Positions 1 through 12,355 of a stretch of 64,000 bases of DNA are shown in pieces (the stretch's first letter is position 1; the number at the start of each line of letters is the position of its first letter). Origin of the DNA: Saprolegnia diclina VS20 (Eukaryota). The notes beneath the pieces were generated by a model. That model saw only the letters and a list, made by a program, of their open reading frames with translations, was not told the origin of the DNA and did no database searches. The translations under genes and the position numbers were made by a program. The stretch spans positions 172,530-236,529 of the forward strand of contig NW_008246097.1 in the NCBI RefSeq assembly GCF_000281045.1, in the 5' to 3' direction.

Positions 1-18
1 CATTTCCTCTTTGGCGCC

Positions 19-2452
19 ATGGCCCACCAGCTCTCCGCCCCGCCTGCGCCGCTGCAGGCCAAGGTCAAGCAGCTCAGCGTGAGTGACGACGGCATGGGGG
101 TGCGGCAGCCCGCCCCGGTCTCGCCAGCGTCCGAGGCCCGTGGTGTGCGCCGCGCCCCGATCAACGACCTCTCCGTCGAGCCGGACGACCATCGGGTAGC
201 GCACGCCGCGACGGTGATTCCGAAATCGGTCGAGACCAAGGCCGTCATCATGAAGGCGCTCAAAGGGCACTACCTCTTTAGCTCGCTCGACGACTCGGAG
301 ATCCTCGACATTATGAACGCGATGAGCAACGTGCAGCACCACGCCGGCGCCGACATCATTTTGCAAGGCACGCCCGGGAACGTATTTTACATCCTCGAGA
401 GCGGCGCTTGCGCAATCCTCGTCAACAACGAAGTCGTCGGGCAGTACGCGTCCGGCGACGCCTTTGGCGAGCTCGCCCTCCTCTACAACAGTCCGCGCGC
501 GGCGACCATCAAAGCACTTGCGCCGTGCAGCCTCTGGACGGTCGACCGTACGTCGTTCCGCAAGATCCTCGCCACGACGGCCTCGACGATGCAGTTGTCG
601 CGAGTCCAGTTTCTTCAAAACGTCGATTTGCTGCAGCGCCTGAGCAACAACCAGCTCCAGAAGGTCGCGGCCGCCATGAAGCTCGAGACGTTTGCCGATG
701 GCAGCTACATCATCCGGCAGGGCGAGGAAGGCCACCTTTTCTACATTGTGGTCGAAGGCACCGTGCTCTGCACGACAACGACCATCAACGACGGCGAGAA
801 GCCGCTCATGAGCCTCACGAAAGGCCAATACTTTGGCGAAATGGCGCTCATGCTCAACGAGCCGCGCCAAGCCAACTGCATCGCAAAGGGCAAAGTCGCT
901 TGCTATGTCCTCGGTCGCAACGAGTTTACACAGCTCCTTGGGCCGCTTCGCTCGCTCCTCGACCGCCAAATGCGCATCCGCGTGCTTCGATCTGTGCCGC
1001 TCCTCAACTACCTCACGGACGACGAGCTCGACCTCCTCGCGCACGCGCTCCGCGTCGTCTCGTACGAAGACAAGGAGCAGATTTTGCGCCAAGGGGACGC
1101 CGGCGACACGTTTTACATCATTTCCGACGGCAAAGTGAGCGTTCAGAAGACTGGCATTGAGATCATGCAGCTCCGGTCCGGTGAGTTCTTTGGCGAGCGA
1201 GCGCTCTTGTCGAAGGAGCCTCGGGCGGCCAACTGCTTTGCGAATGGCCACGTCGAGTGCCTTTGCCTCGACCGGAGCGCGTTCGAGCGTCTTCTCGGGA
1301 AGCTCGAGCACATTTTAACACGCGAGACGAAGCGCCAGCAGCTCATGCAAGAAGCCGTGCTCCAGGCAACGACGCCGTCGCACCAACAGGTCGTGCAGCC
1401 CAAGAAATATGCTCTCGCCGACTTTGAAAAGATCCAGACCATCGGAACCGGCACTTTTGGCCGCGTCCTCATGGTCAAGCACAAGACGACGGGCAAGACA
1501 TTTGCGCTCAAGTGCATGCTCAAGGTCAACATCGTCGAGACGCACCAGCAGCGCAACGTTCTCCACGAAAAGAGCATCATCAACGAGTGCGAACACCCGT
1601 TCGTGCTCAAGCTCTACGAGACGTTCACGGACGCCGACCAGCTCTACATGCTCTTAGAGTTGGTCCAGGGCGGCGAGCTCTGGAGCTTGCTCTACGAAAA
1701 AGCCTACAACGTTCCCAAGGGGGTCTGCGGCGCGTTCGATCTTCCATCGGCACGCTTCTACATTGCAAACGTGGTCGAGGTCTTCCGGTACCTTCAGACC
1801 CTCGGCGTCGCGTACCGCGACCTCAAGCCCGAGAACCTCATGATCGACGATAAGGGCTATCTCAAGATGGTCGACTTTGGCTTTGCCAAGCACATTCCGT
1901 TCTACAAGGGCAGCCAGCTCTGCGAGCGCAGCTTTACGCTCTGTGGCACGCCCGAGTACCTCGCGCCCGAGCTCGTGCTCAACAAGGGGCACGGCAAGTC
2001 GGTCGACTACTGGGCGCTCGGCTGCCTCATTTACGAGCTCATTGCGGGGCGCACGCCGTTCCAGCACCAAGAGCAGCAAAAGATCTTTGAAAAGATCATT
2101 CACGCCAAGGCGTCGCTCAAGTTCCACCCCAAGTTTGACCCGCTCGCGCAGGACCTCGTGACCAAGCTCCTCGAGCCCAACCCGGGTCTTCGCCTCGGTA
2201 GGTGCCACAACATTAGTGTAGGATCATGGACGTCTATGGCTAGGGTCGTTGGCGGGTGGCATGATGGAGGTCGTCAACCATCCGTGGTTTGCAAACGCCA
2301 AATTTGACTGGAAGGCACTTGTCGCCAAGAGCATGAAGGCACCGTACGTGCCGACCATTAAGAGCGGCGTCGACGTCTCCAACTTTGACCGGTGCTCAGA
2401 AGGCGCCTCGATTCCCAAGTACACAGGGGAAGAGTTCTTTGAGAACTTTTAA
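19..2452 (+). CDS. Cyclic nucleotide-dependent AGC protein kinase (PKG-like architecture: 3 cNMP-binding domains + kinase); intron 2198-2243
   Basis: Three phosphate-binding cassettes (FGELALLYNSPRAAT, FGEMALMLNEPRQAN, FGERALLSKEPRAAN). Kinase motifs GTGTFGRV, YRDLKPEN, DFG, TLCGTPEYLAPE. A 46-nt GT-AG intron joins RLG|SLAGG to an AGC tail ending FFENF. Confidence 0.93.
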
Positions 2453-2757
2453 CTGCATTCGACGCAGCTACACGCACGGACCAACGTACACTGTACCACT
2501 TCCATCAAATCCAATGAATTCAATGTTTCCTTGTTTGCCTACTGTAAGCCATGTACCACAAAAGCAAGGAACGACGCGAGTGGTCACACCTGGTTTGGCA
2601 CAAGATCAAGATCTTGGATCTTATTGGTGCTCTAAGTCGAGGTGTTTCGGATATTCGCCTTGCCGCGCTGTGGTCGTGCCACGTCAGATTGCCGATCGCA
2701 TCCGGTAACCATGGACGCGATCCGGATACGAGTTGCGATCTTGAACGGACGACGGCG

Positions 2758-3942
2758 ATGGCCTGCACGTTTGGCCCGTCGCACTGCTTCCATGAGACGT
2801 CGATGCTCATGGTGTGTGCCTATGTCTACCTCGGCGCGGCCGTCTTCGCTGGCTACATCCATTTGCGCCGGGCGTACCTCCGCGAGCATGGCCACAACAC
2901 GATCTTATTGCCGGTGCGCCGCGTTCGGTTCTTCCCGCTCCTGCTCCTCGTGGCGTTTGCGGCGCGCGCTACGTGGTTCATCCTCCTCGACGTGCACGCC
3001 ATGCAAGTTGCAGAGAGCAGCAGCGACGATGATGCGGACAATGGACGCTATCGCAACGTCATCGTCTTTGTGCCGCTCCTGCACATGACACTCGACCTCT
3101 ACCCGCTCAGCGTCTTGAGCTGGAACAAGCTCGCGACGCTCTTGTATATCTCGGCCTTTACGCTTCTCGTGCAGTTTTGGGCCGATATGCTGCACCACAC
3201 CACTAGCACGCACGACCAGTCGGCGCGGACGCCGGTACCGATCCACTTCGCTTCACGACCGACGCAGTGATGACTAGGTCCAACGCACCCGCCCGTCGCG
3301 CCAGCGCAACGTGCTCGTGATCGCCAACGTCTGGATGTACGCGGTCGAGATTGCGCTGCTGCTCATCAAGGTACTGGGTTGTCTTGCCAGTAGTACTGTA
3401 GATGTATGAGTTTGGCGATAGACAGTCTATCCCGATCAGCGCGAGTCGACGTGGTACATGAATTCGGACGGGTGGTGCACCGCCATCTTCTTCTGCGGTC
3501 TCGCCGGCGCGCTCGTACGTACCAACAACGCCTCGTGCCACTTGAAGCGCCTCGTAGGGCTACGACGCCTTCCGACTGCGGCAGTTCTTTGATGCGCAAG
3601 AGCATTCGCGTGTGGCGACCTATGTCGCGACGCGCGTGACGGTCTTAGGTCTGCTCTGCGCCGGCCTCTTCTTCCTCCGCGCCATTTTGTTTCTTTTGAC
3701 GCCCGTCGCGTCGTTCGAGGCAACGGCAACGCCGTGGTAGGCAAGCCAAGAGGACGGAACGGGCTGCAAATGGCTGGCGTAGGCTGTTTTACGCGATACC
3801 CGAGTTGCTTCCTGGAGGTCTCGTCCTCGCGCTCATGCGCGTCAAGCACGATACCAACAATGGCAGCAGCTCTCGCAAAGGGCAGCTCTCGCCAACCGAA
3901 CGCACGCCGCTTGTCTCGCCCGAGAACATGCTATCTGTCTAG
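2758..3942 (+). CDS. THH1/TOM1/TOM3-like multi-pass membrane protein (multi-exon)
   Basis: Several hydrophobic helices. LLYISAFTLLVQFWADM and terminal-exon LFYAIPELLPGGLVLALM resemble TOM1-family motifs. Exon boundaries are approximate. Confidence 0.6.
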
Positions 3943-5104
3943 CCAGCTCCAGGGATAGTTTGTGTTTAGCGTCGAGACGATGTACTAAAGTCGAGCACAA
4001 TACACTGCTGCCCGCGAATGTGGAGGTGAGAGTTCTAAGTTCTTGGTATCGCCGCCCCAAGCCACGCTCGTCGTGCCAGAATACGAATGTATCTTGATCG
4101 AATCAACCAGTACTCGACCCTTGCATAGGTCGTTCTTGGTTGTCGTGTCCAAGGATGTGCTCGCTGACGAGAAGATTTCTATATTTTGATAATTTTGATA
4201 TTTGTGATAAATTCATTGCATTAAATTGGAATCTCGAGGTTCGATTTGTCTGGAAATGGCGCCTGAGGCATCCTCCCGTGCTTCCTTCTTGAAGGAAAGC
4301 GTCTTCAAGGACTGGGTGTTTGCAGGTCCAAGCTTCTCCCGTTCCTGTCATCTCCTTCAACAAACACCACCAACGTCCAGCACATACAAACGACAAGTGC
4401 ACCCGCCCTATTGACTTGGCACCCTCTGATTCGCTGGCAAAATACGCAGGTACGTTGTCCGTACTCTTGATGTTTGTATACCGCTGCCAAGGACTGGTCA
4501 CTTGCTTCAAGTTTCGGCTGATCCGAATTTCACGCCCAAGCAAAGACGCGGTGACGTTATGACCCCACGAGTGTGACGCGACACTCCGAACGACGCTTTT
4601 GCACCTGTCGTTAGCAACGCTGCCTCGACCCTCGGTATTGCTGCAGCATCGCTCCGCCATCGACTGCTTGTCGGTGCTCACGGCGGCGTCGCCGATTGAC
4701 CAGTGTTTCGCATGATGCAAAGCATAGTCTAAATACACGCAACGTTTACTTGATATTTGTATACCCATAGACAAAGCCCTGTTGCATCTCCCGCGTTTCA
4801 CAGAGAGATGCCGAACAAAGCAAGAGCGACACAGCCTTATCTATTATCTACACGGACGGCGGAGTCGCTATGTCCTATCGAGGTTGTTGGTGTATGACGT
4901 GCAGATCGGCTGGATCGAGGCATCGGCGCTTCAAAGTTGCGTGTGACCAGCGTATCCAAGGTTTACTTTGTCAGAGCAAGGATATGTCCTAGATTCGAGC
5001 AGATTCCAGTCCGAATCTCGATCGCGTAGACAAATTGAGCTCCTTCTTATCCGTGGACGACCGCCCGACGCGACGTGGCAGTCATTTCCAAAGCTGCGAC
5101 GACC

Positions 5105-6193
5105 ATGGCGCCCAACGACCACCGCAGCAGCCCGCCAACCGAGCTCACGCCGCTCTGCGCGTCGCCCACCGTGCAGACGATCCTCGTCGTCAACGACAAC
5201 ATGCGCACCAACATCAACGGCGTCGTGACCATGTTCAACAACATCGAGGGCCTCGCCGAGCGCGACGGCTTCCGCCTCGTGTACCTCAACCCGAGCGAGT
5301 TCCCGCACTTTGACTGCCCGGGCTACCCGGACATCAAGATGTCGCTGCCCATTGGCTTTGACGAGAAGGTCGCCAAGATCGCGCCCGACTACTTTCACAT
5401 TGCGACCGAAGGCCCGTTGGGCCTCGCGACGCGCATCTACTGCGACCGGCGCAACATCAAGTACAACTCGGGCTACCACACCAAGATCCCCGAGTACATC
5501 AACGTCATGTACGGCGTGCCCGAGAGCTTTGGGTACGCGTACCTCCGCTGGTTCCACCGCAACTCGGCGCGCGTCCTCACGACCACGTCGAGCATGGTCA
5601 ACGAGCTCGAGCACCACGGCTTCTACAACCACATCAAGCCCATGACGTTTGGCGTCGACCGGCGTATCTTTCGAAGCGCGCTGCGCCAGCACGACTTTCA
5701 GGGACTGCGCCGCCCGATCTTGCTCAGCGTCGGGCGCGTCAGCAAGGAAAAGGGCCTCGACGACTTTTGCAACCTCGAGTACCCCGGCACCAAGATCGTG
5801 GTCGGCGACGGCGCGTACCGCAAGGAGCTGCAGCAAAAGCACCCCGAGATCCTCTTCACCGGCTTCCAAAAAGGCTCGGCGCTGGCCGAGTACTATGCCA
5901 ATGCGGACGTGCTCGTGTTCCCGTCGCGCACCGACACGTTTGGCGTCGTCATCATCGAGGCGCTCGCCGTCGGGACGCCCGTCGCCGCCTACAACGTGAC
6001 AGGCCCCAAAGACATTTTGGAGCACGGTGTCACCGGCATCATGGGCGACGACCTCCGCGCCAACGTCGACGCGTGCTTGGCCCTGAACCGGCGCCACGTG
6101 GAAGACGCGAGCGCTGGCTGGTCGTGGGAAAACTGCTGGCAAATCTTCCGCCGCCACCTCATCAAGCGCGACCACCAAATGGTCTTGTACTAG
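5105..6193 (+). CDS. Glycosyltransferase family 4 (GT-B), bacterial Agt/alpha-glycosyltransferase-like, intronless
   Basis: Motifs NGVV, HIATEGPLG, YHTKIPEY, LRWFH, VGRVSKEKG, FPSRTDTFGVVIIEALAVGTPVAAY. Confidence 0.9.
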   Translation: MAPNDHRSSPPTELTPLCASPTVQTILVVNDNMRTNINGVVTMFNNIEGLAERDGFRLVYLNPSEFPHFDCPGYPDIKMSLPIGFDEKVAKIAPDYFHIATEGPLGLATRIYCDRRNIKYNSGYHTKIPEYINVMYGVPESFGYAYLRWFHRNSARVLTTTSSMVNELEHHGFYNHIKPMTFGVDRRIFRSALRQHDFQGLRRPILLSVGRVSKEKGLDDFCNLEYPGTKIVVGDGAYRKELQQKHPEILFTGFQKGSALAEYYANADVLVFPSRTDTFGVVIIEALAVGTPVAAYNVTGPKDILEHGVTGIMGDDLRANVDACLALNRRHVEDASAGWSWENCWQIFRRHLIKRDHQMVLY

Positions 6194-6402
6194 CGCGCGA
6201 CGTTTGTTATGTGTGTGTTTGCTAATTATTCTTGCTTACTATTCCTTCGTCCGACTCTAGTATCTGTGAGAATACTAGTATCAAGTTGATACTTCTGTTC
6301 GATGCAAGTTCCTCCACGCCCTCAGCCCACCTTGTCGAGCCAACGCGCTGCTACGTCCTCCAGCTTACGAGAACCATCTTATATCCAGGTGCGTCTTGTC
6401 GC

Positions 6403-9400
6403 TTACTCGTCGGTGCGCTGCTTCTTGTGGGGCGATCCTTCGACGCAGACTTCAACGAGCGTCGGGTACGTCTCGGCCGCGTCGGCAAAGCCCTCCAGCG
6501 CCTTGGCGATCGCGCGGCGCACGTCGTCGTCGGCGTAGACCTCGGCCGGCGGCTCGTCGATCGCATAGAGCTTGTTGAGCTGCCGAAGCACGTCTTTTGT
6601 GTCCTTGTTCTCGCTGAGGAGGTAGCCTTTGACGATGCTCGGGTGCTTCTCGCTCCAGACCGCGAGGACGCTGAGCGGGAACGGGTCAAACGCATCTGAG
6701 AGCTTGGTGATGCACTGGAGCGCGGTCGTGTCGGGCACAGCGTGGAGCAAGAGGCGCAGGAGCCCCGCGAGCGCCTCGCCGTGCACGCGCGGGTCCATGC
6801 ACGCTAGCACCTTGCGCAAGGCCGCAAGCACGCCCTTGTCCTTCTTCTTGGCTTCTTGCTCGACGGCGAGGAGCTCCCACGTGCTCTGCTGCTCGAACGC
6901 GCTCCACTGCAGCGAGCTCAGCAGTATCGTGGCCATGTGGTCGCGGAAGATCGCAAATTCCTTCAACAGCACGCGCATGCAGAGCGTACTGAGCTGGCAC
7001 GGCGTCGCGATCGAGACGAGCTGGCGCACCATTGCATCCATGCGAGGGAGCGCGCCCCAGCTGCTCAGCTCCGAGCTGTGACGGAAGAGGAACGGCAGCA
7101 CGCGCAGCACTGTGGTCTCGACGGCCGCGCCCGACGGCGTCGACGGCTGCTGCAAGAGCGACGACGCCAGCGCCATGGCCTCGTCCACGTGCACGCTGAG
7201 CGAGAGGTCCTGCAGAATCGCAGTCGGCGCTTCGATGCCCACGAGTTCGCAAAACGAGAGGTACGGCTGGAAGGCTTCGTCCGGCTTCTTGCCCGACTGC
7301 GTGCAGCAGTGCACGAGAAGGCGGTGACTCATGACCGAGTCGTGCTTGAACATGCCCTACGAGCAACCAGGGATGAGCGCTTGTGTCATACAAAAAGGTG
7401 TACGTGGAGCAGCGGCAAGTACAGCTGCGGCGGGCGCTGGAGGCACTGCTCGAGCACATACTGCGGCGTGGCCATACTCGTGAGGAAGGACCGCTCGAGG
7501 CACTTGTACATAAAGCCGCCGAGGTCGGTGCTCAGCGCGATCGCGTCTGGCGAGTGACTCCACGCCGTGAGCACGACAGCGATTGCATTGCAGAGCTTGT
7601 CGTTGTCGTGGGCCGACAGCAGCAACTGCAATGGCTCTTCGAATGGCCGGAGCGACTCGGGAAAGGTGACGGGCGCCACGGCCGTCTCGAGCGACTGCGT
7701 CCGCTCTTGGAGAAACGACTGCTCCTGCCACGCGTCCGGCTCGTCGTGCAGCTCGGTCGACGACGTTGTCGGCGATGCGTTGCCAGGGCTACGCGAAATG
7801 CTCGGGCTCGACTGCCCCGGCGACTTGCGCTGGTTGGGCGACTGCCGACTCGGCGATGGCTGATGGCGGCTCGGCGATGGCTGACGGCCTGGCGACTGGC
7901 GGTGACTGGGCGATGGCTGATGGCCTGGCGACGGCTGCCGCGGGGACGGCTGGCGCGGGGACGGCTGCGTGTACACAGGTGACTGCTGGTGGCTCGGCGA
8001 TGAAACCGGCGACGAAGTCGTCGATGGCGGGTTGCTCTTGGGCGAAAAGTGCGCCGGGACCGCGCGTTGAAGCCGCGCAAGGAGCGCGTGGTCGTCCTTG
8101 ATGGCCTCGATGACCGGGCTCACGCTGCGCATGACGCCCTTCTGGATGAGCGCGTGCATGCTTTGGCTCGCTCGGTCGCTTTCGCCCGCCTCGACCGCAG
8201 TCACGAGGAACGTGAGCATGTCTGTGACCATGGTCAAATTGCGGTTCTTGGTCGACTTGAGCTGCCGCCAATATGAGTCTTCTCGCCTCGTGATCGACTC
8301 GACTTACCAAAAGCATCATTGTTGGCTCGAGGTTCATCACCGACACATCGTGGACAAAGTAAATGTAGTCGAAGAACATGGCGTGGAGCGCACGCTGCTT
8401 TGCCAACGGCGTTTTGCTACGCACAAAATATATATAAGGGACCATTGCGCATGGGTATGTAGACCAGAGGAGGAAGATCCAGCCGAGCACGTGGTAGCGC
8501 GGCGTCATCTTGGCCTCGACGACCTGCGACGTCGGATGGTACACGGCGCAGATGTACCGCACCACGTCGGCGATGACGCCGCCGTTGAGCGGCCCTTGCA
8601 GAAACGAAGTTTGAAACCACTTTTGGTACCGGTGCGCGGCAATGTGCAGAACCTTGTCCGTCAAGAAGCGCAGCTGGTCCTGCATCTTGGCCGAGAGGCG
8701 GCAGATGAGAAACTTGGCCGGCGTCGGCGTCCCGATGAGCGTCGGAAGGTGTTGGCTCTGGACGTCGGCCCAGAGCGCCGGAAGGAGGTCCCGACAGTCG
8801 TACGCAAGGCGAACGAGCTCGCGCCCCAAGCCAAGAACGACAGCCTTTTTCTCGAGGAAGAGACGGTTGCACACGTCGAGGAGGTTGGCTGGTGGTGCCT
8901 ATTCAGTCGCCCATGAGTATGGCAGAAGAGAACCGAGATACATACCGCAGAGGCCATGGCTTCGGGCACAATGCTTAGAAGCGTGTAGGTGGCATGCGCA
9001 ATGACCGCGTCGCTGAGCGTCGTCAGGTGCGCGCCGAGCACCGTGAGCAACCAGCTCGTCAAGCACGGCGTCACCGAGAGAGGACCAATGTGGCTACATC
9101 GCGTGAGAGAGACTGTATGCAGAGGCATTGACGTACCGCATGAGGACGATGAGAAGAGTGTCCATATGCAGCGAGAGGCCTTGCTCGAGCACAAAGTACA
9201 AGTTGGCGCGCGGACCGCTCAGGAGCTTCTGGAAGCGCAATTCGATGAGCGACTGGAGCCCTTGCATCGTGGTGCCGCGGACAGCGTCGGTCTCGGCCAC
9301 GAGCGCACGCAGGACGTGCCAGTAGAGGTCACGGTCGGCGGTCGACTCGGCCGTCAAGCACGCATACAGCATCGCCGTGTGCTTCTCAAAGCCCTGGCTC

Positions 9401-9681
9401 GCCATGATCTTGGCGAGGCAGGCGTCACGGTCCTTCTCGCCTTGCAGCGTCTTCTGCGCAGCTGCATAGTGCCACGCCCAGTTCCGATCCAAGTCGTCCG
9501 CAATATCAAGCGGCGCGTGCTGCAGCAGCTTGGACGACGGGATCGGGACCACCGCCGTGGTCGGAGCCACGCGACTCGGAGGAGGCGCAGACGTCGGCGG
9601 GGACGGCGTCGGCTCTGGCGGAGGCGGTCGGCGCGGGGACGCCGGCGGCGGTGGCGGGGGTGGCGGCGGTGAATCGCTCAT
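6403..9681 (-). CDS. INTS3: Integrator complex subunit 3 (multi-exon)
   Basis: RYQKWFQ, IADVVRYICAVYHPT..PRYHVLGW and MFFDYIYF..MNLEPTMML resemble conserved Ints3 N-terminal motifs. Consecutive minus-strand ORFs 9094-9726, 7789-8874, 7386-8237 and 6403-7353 are separated by short introns. Confidence 0.8.
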
Positions 9682-10565
9682 CGGCCGAACAAATATTGCA
9701 TCTGACGTTCGCGCACCCAGAAACACACATTGCGAAGGTTACACAAGCAACGCATCTGATTGGTCGCGGCCGCGAACTTGCAACGCGCGAGTTTGAACAC
9801 GCACAACAGTCCACGGACGCTCTTGCTCATTCAACGAGCTGCAACGAGCCGCCGTTCGCGAGAGAGTCGACAGCCAGCTCGTATTCATCGCAGCGTAGCA
9901 ACCGACGGTGCTTGCGAAGGCCCACCTTTCACAGCCCACAGCAACAACGTCCGCGGTCCGCTTGCACTGCAGGCCATGATCACTCTGCACGCTCGATCGA
10001 TACGCATGGCTCTCACCTCTCGTGGATCCCGTGAGACGCTGATCGACGCCATCGTTGCCACAGTCGATGCGCTGCAATGTGCATGATGAGCTACCAGTAC
10101 ATTATTCGCAAGCTCTGGCTGCTTCAACCCAAAGTGGTGCAGATGAGCGCCAAGTGGCCTTCATCTTGCACAGGATATCATCAGCTTGTGCGCTTGCGTT
10201 TCGGCGCTGGGCTATGGCAAAAGGCCAAAACGCTGTTCTCTCGTATAGTTTAAACTCAGGCTTGCCTTGGCGCCTGCATCAATTCAGCGGGCTAGCGACA
10301 CGAGCCGCGGTGCAGCGGGCGAGAGGCCTGCTGCGTGCCATGGGACGCAGTCACCTGAGACGCTCTCGGGCCCTTGCCGGTCGAGTATCAAGTGCTTGAT
10401 CGTGTGTGTTGGCGACAAGGAAAGTCAGTTGTGGGAACACCAACGACGCGTTGATTGGCTTAAAAGAGACGGCAATAGCGGCGTTGATTGGTCGAAATCG
10501 CGTCTTTTTGCGTGCCCGGCCTATTACTGCATTTGGGCGACGAACGGGAGGCGTCGGTCGTAAGC

Positions 10566-11259
10566 ATGGGCATCATGATCTCCAAGGTCTTCGCCTCGCT
10601 CTTCGGGAGCAAGGAGGTGCGCATCCTCATCTTGGGCCTCGACAACGCGGGCAAGACCACGATCCTGTGTACGTCCATGCGCTGGCGGTCGGCGTCGCCG
10701 GCTTATCCTCATGTGGCTAGACCGCCTCCAGGCCGACGAGATTGAGCAGACCGTGCCCACGATTGGCTTCAACGTCGAGACGCTGCAGTACAAGAACATC
10801 AAGTTCCAGGTGTGGGACCTCGGCGGCCAAACCAGCATTCGCCCGTACTGGCGCTGCTACTACCCCAACACGGACGCGATCATCTACGTCGTCGACTGCG
10901 CCGACGTCGACCGCCTCAACATTGCCAAGCAAGAGCTGCACGCGATGCTGGAAGAGGAAGAGCTCAAGGACTCGCTTCTCCTTGTCTTTGCCAACAAGCA
11001 GGACCAGCGTGGCGCGCTCAACGCGGCGCAGGTAGCACACATACGCTCTATTCGATCTGCCCTGCTCACTCGCACGTATCATAGCTCTCGGAGGCCATGG
11101 GCCTCTCGGACATTCGGAATCGCCAGTGGTCCATCAAGGAAACCACGGCCACCAAGGGCACGGGGCTCTTCGAAGGCTTCGACTGGTACGACCCTGCGAG
11201 ACGATCATCGTTGGCTCAACCATGTCCTTAGGATCGTGACGTGCATCAAGGGCGAGTAA
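10566..11259 (+). CDS. ARL1: ADP-ribosylation factor-like protein 1 (3 introns)
   Basis: MG myristoylation start; [35 protein letters not shown] and FANKQD motifs. Confidence 0.93.
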
Positions 11260-12355
11260 GAAGAAGTACAGTAGAGTCAGGGATGGCGCGTGTAGACACT
11301 CGTCGGCAATAAACCGTTGCATGTTGGTAGCATTGCTCGCACTTGCCACATTTACGAGCAGCACCAAAAGCGCTGCCAGAGACGCTGACTGAGCTATTGG
11401 TAGCTGCTATCTACGACATGGTTGGTATCTGCGACCAACCTGCTCTGCCCCAGAGGAGGTTGTGGATCGAACTACCGTAGGACGACGTACCAGGTACTGC
11501 AGCGCCTCTGCGACTCTACCGGTCGCACGTGGCGACATTCGCGCGACACGTCAAGCTTATATTCGCCGACTCTTGCCACCGCGACTACCTTGATGCTACT
11601 GCATATCCCATGCATGTCCGAGCGCTCGCCAGCCATCTCGGTCGCAACTGCATGGCCCTCGATGCTGTCGATTCCCGTGTCTCGAAGCTGTAGCCGAAAC
11701 GATCGTTTTGATTGGCCAAAATGCCGTCATTGACAGAAACTTCGAGACACCGCTTCGCATACAAACCGCAAGCTTGTAGACTGGAGACGGCCACGGGGTC
11801 AGTTTATTGCTGTCATCAGAAAACCGCCGGCATCAGATTGTTCTGCAAAGGCAGACGACCGACGAGAACCAACGTCGAACACTGCGTCCACACTATACCT
11901 CCACACGCTCGGCTGTGCCCGTAGATCTACCTGCGGCGTCCACTCTCGGGACGCAGAACGGAGGTATTTGGCTGGTATTTTGGTGTTTTTTTCTGACACA
12001 CGTACCCAGTTTGTCTCGGGATCGCATGAGAATGGCGCTCGTATCTCCGGCGAGGACGGCGGAAGGACCAAGCGGCGCAAGGAATCGCTACGTCACTAGT
12101 TCTATGTACGTGGCTGCCAAGGCGGTGGGCTACTGAGAGCACGCTCAACGTACCAGGGCAAAGGGGCAATCAACTGGTACAAAAAAGGACCGGCAAACCG
12201 AAGTTCGAAGCGAAGTGGTAAACCACGAGCGAGCCAGGCAGCGCATACAAATGCCAAGATATATGGCGCGTATTTTTTAAATAAAAAACGCAGCGTTGGG
12301 GATACAGAGTAGGATTCTGGGCCTACAGTCGATTCGGTAGCCGAAGTCAGCAGCC

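Noticed and set aside
4103..4801. 232-aa minus-strand ORF upstream of the GT4 gene
   Set aside because: It has a non-ATG start, lacks the local codon bias and has no recognisable domain.
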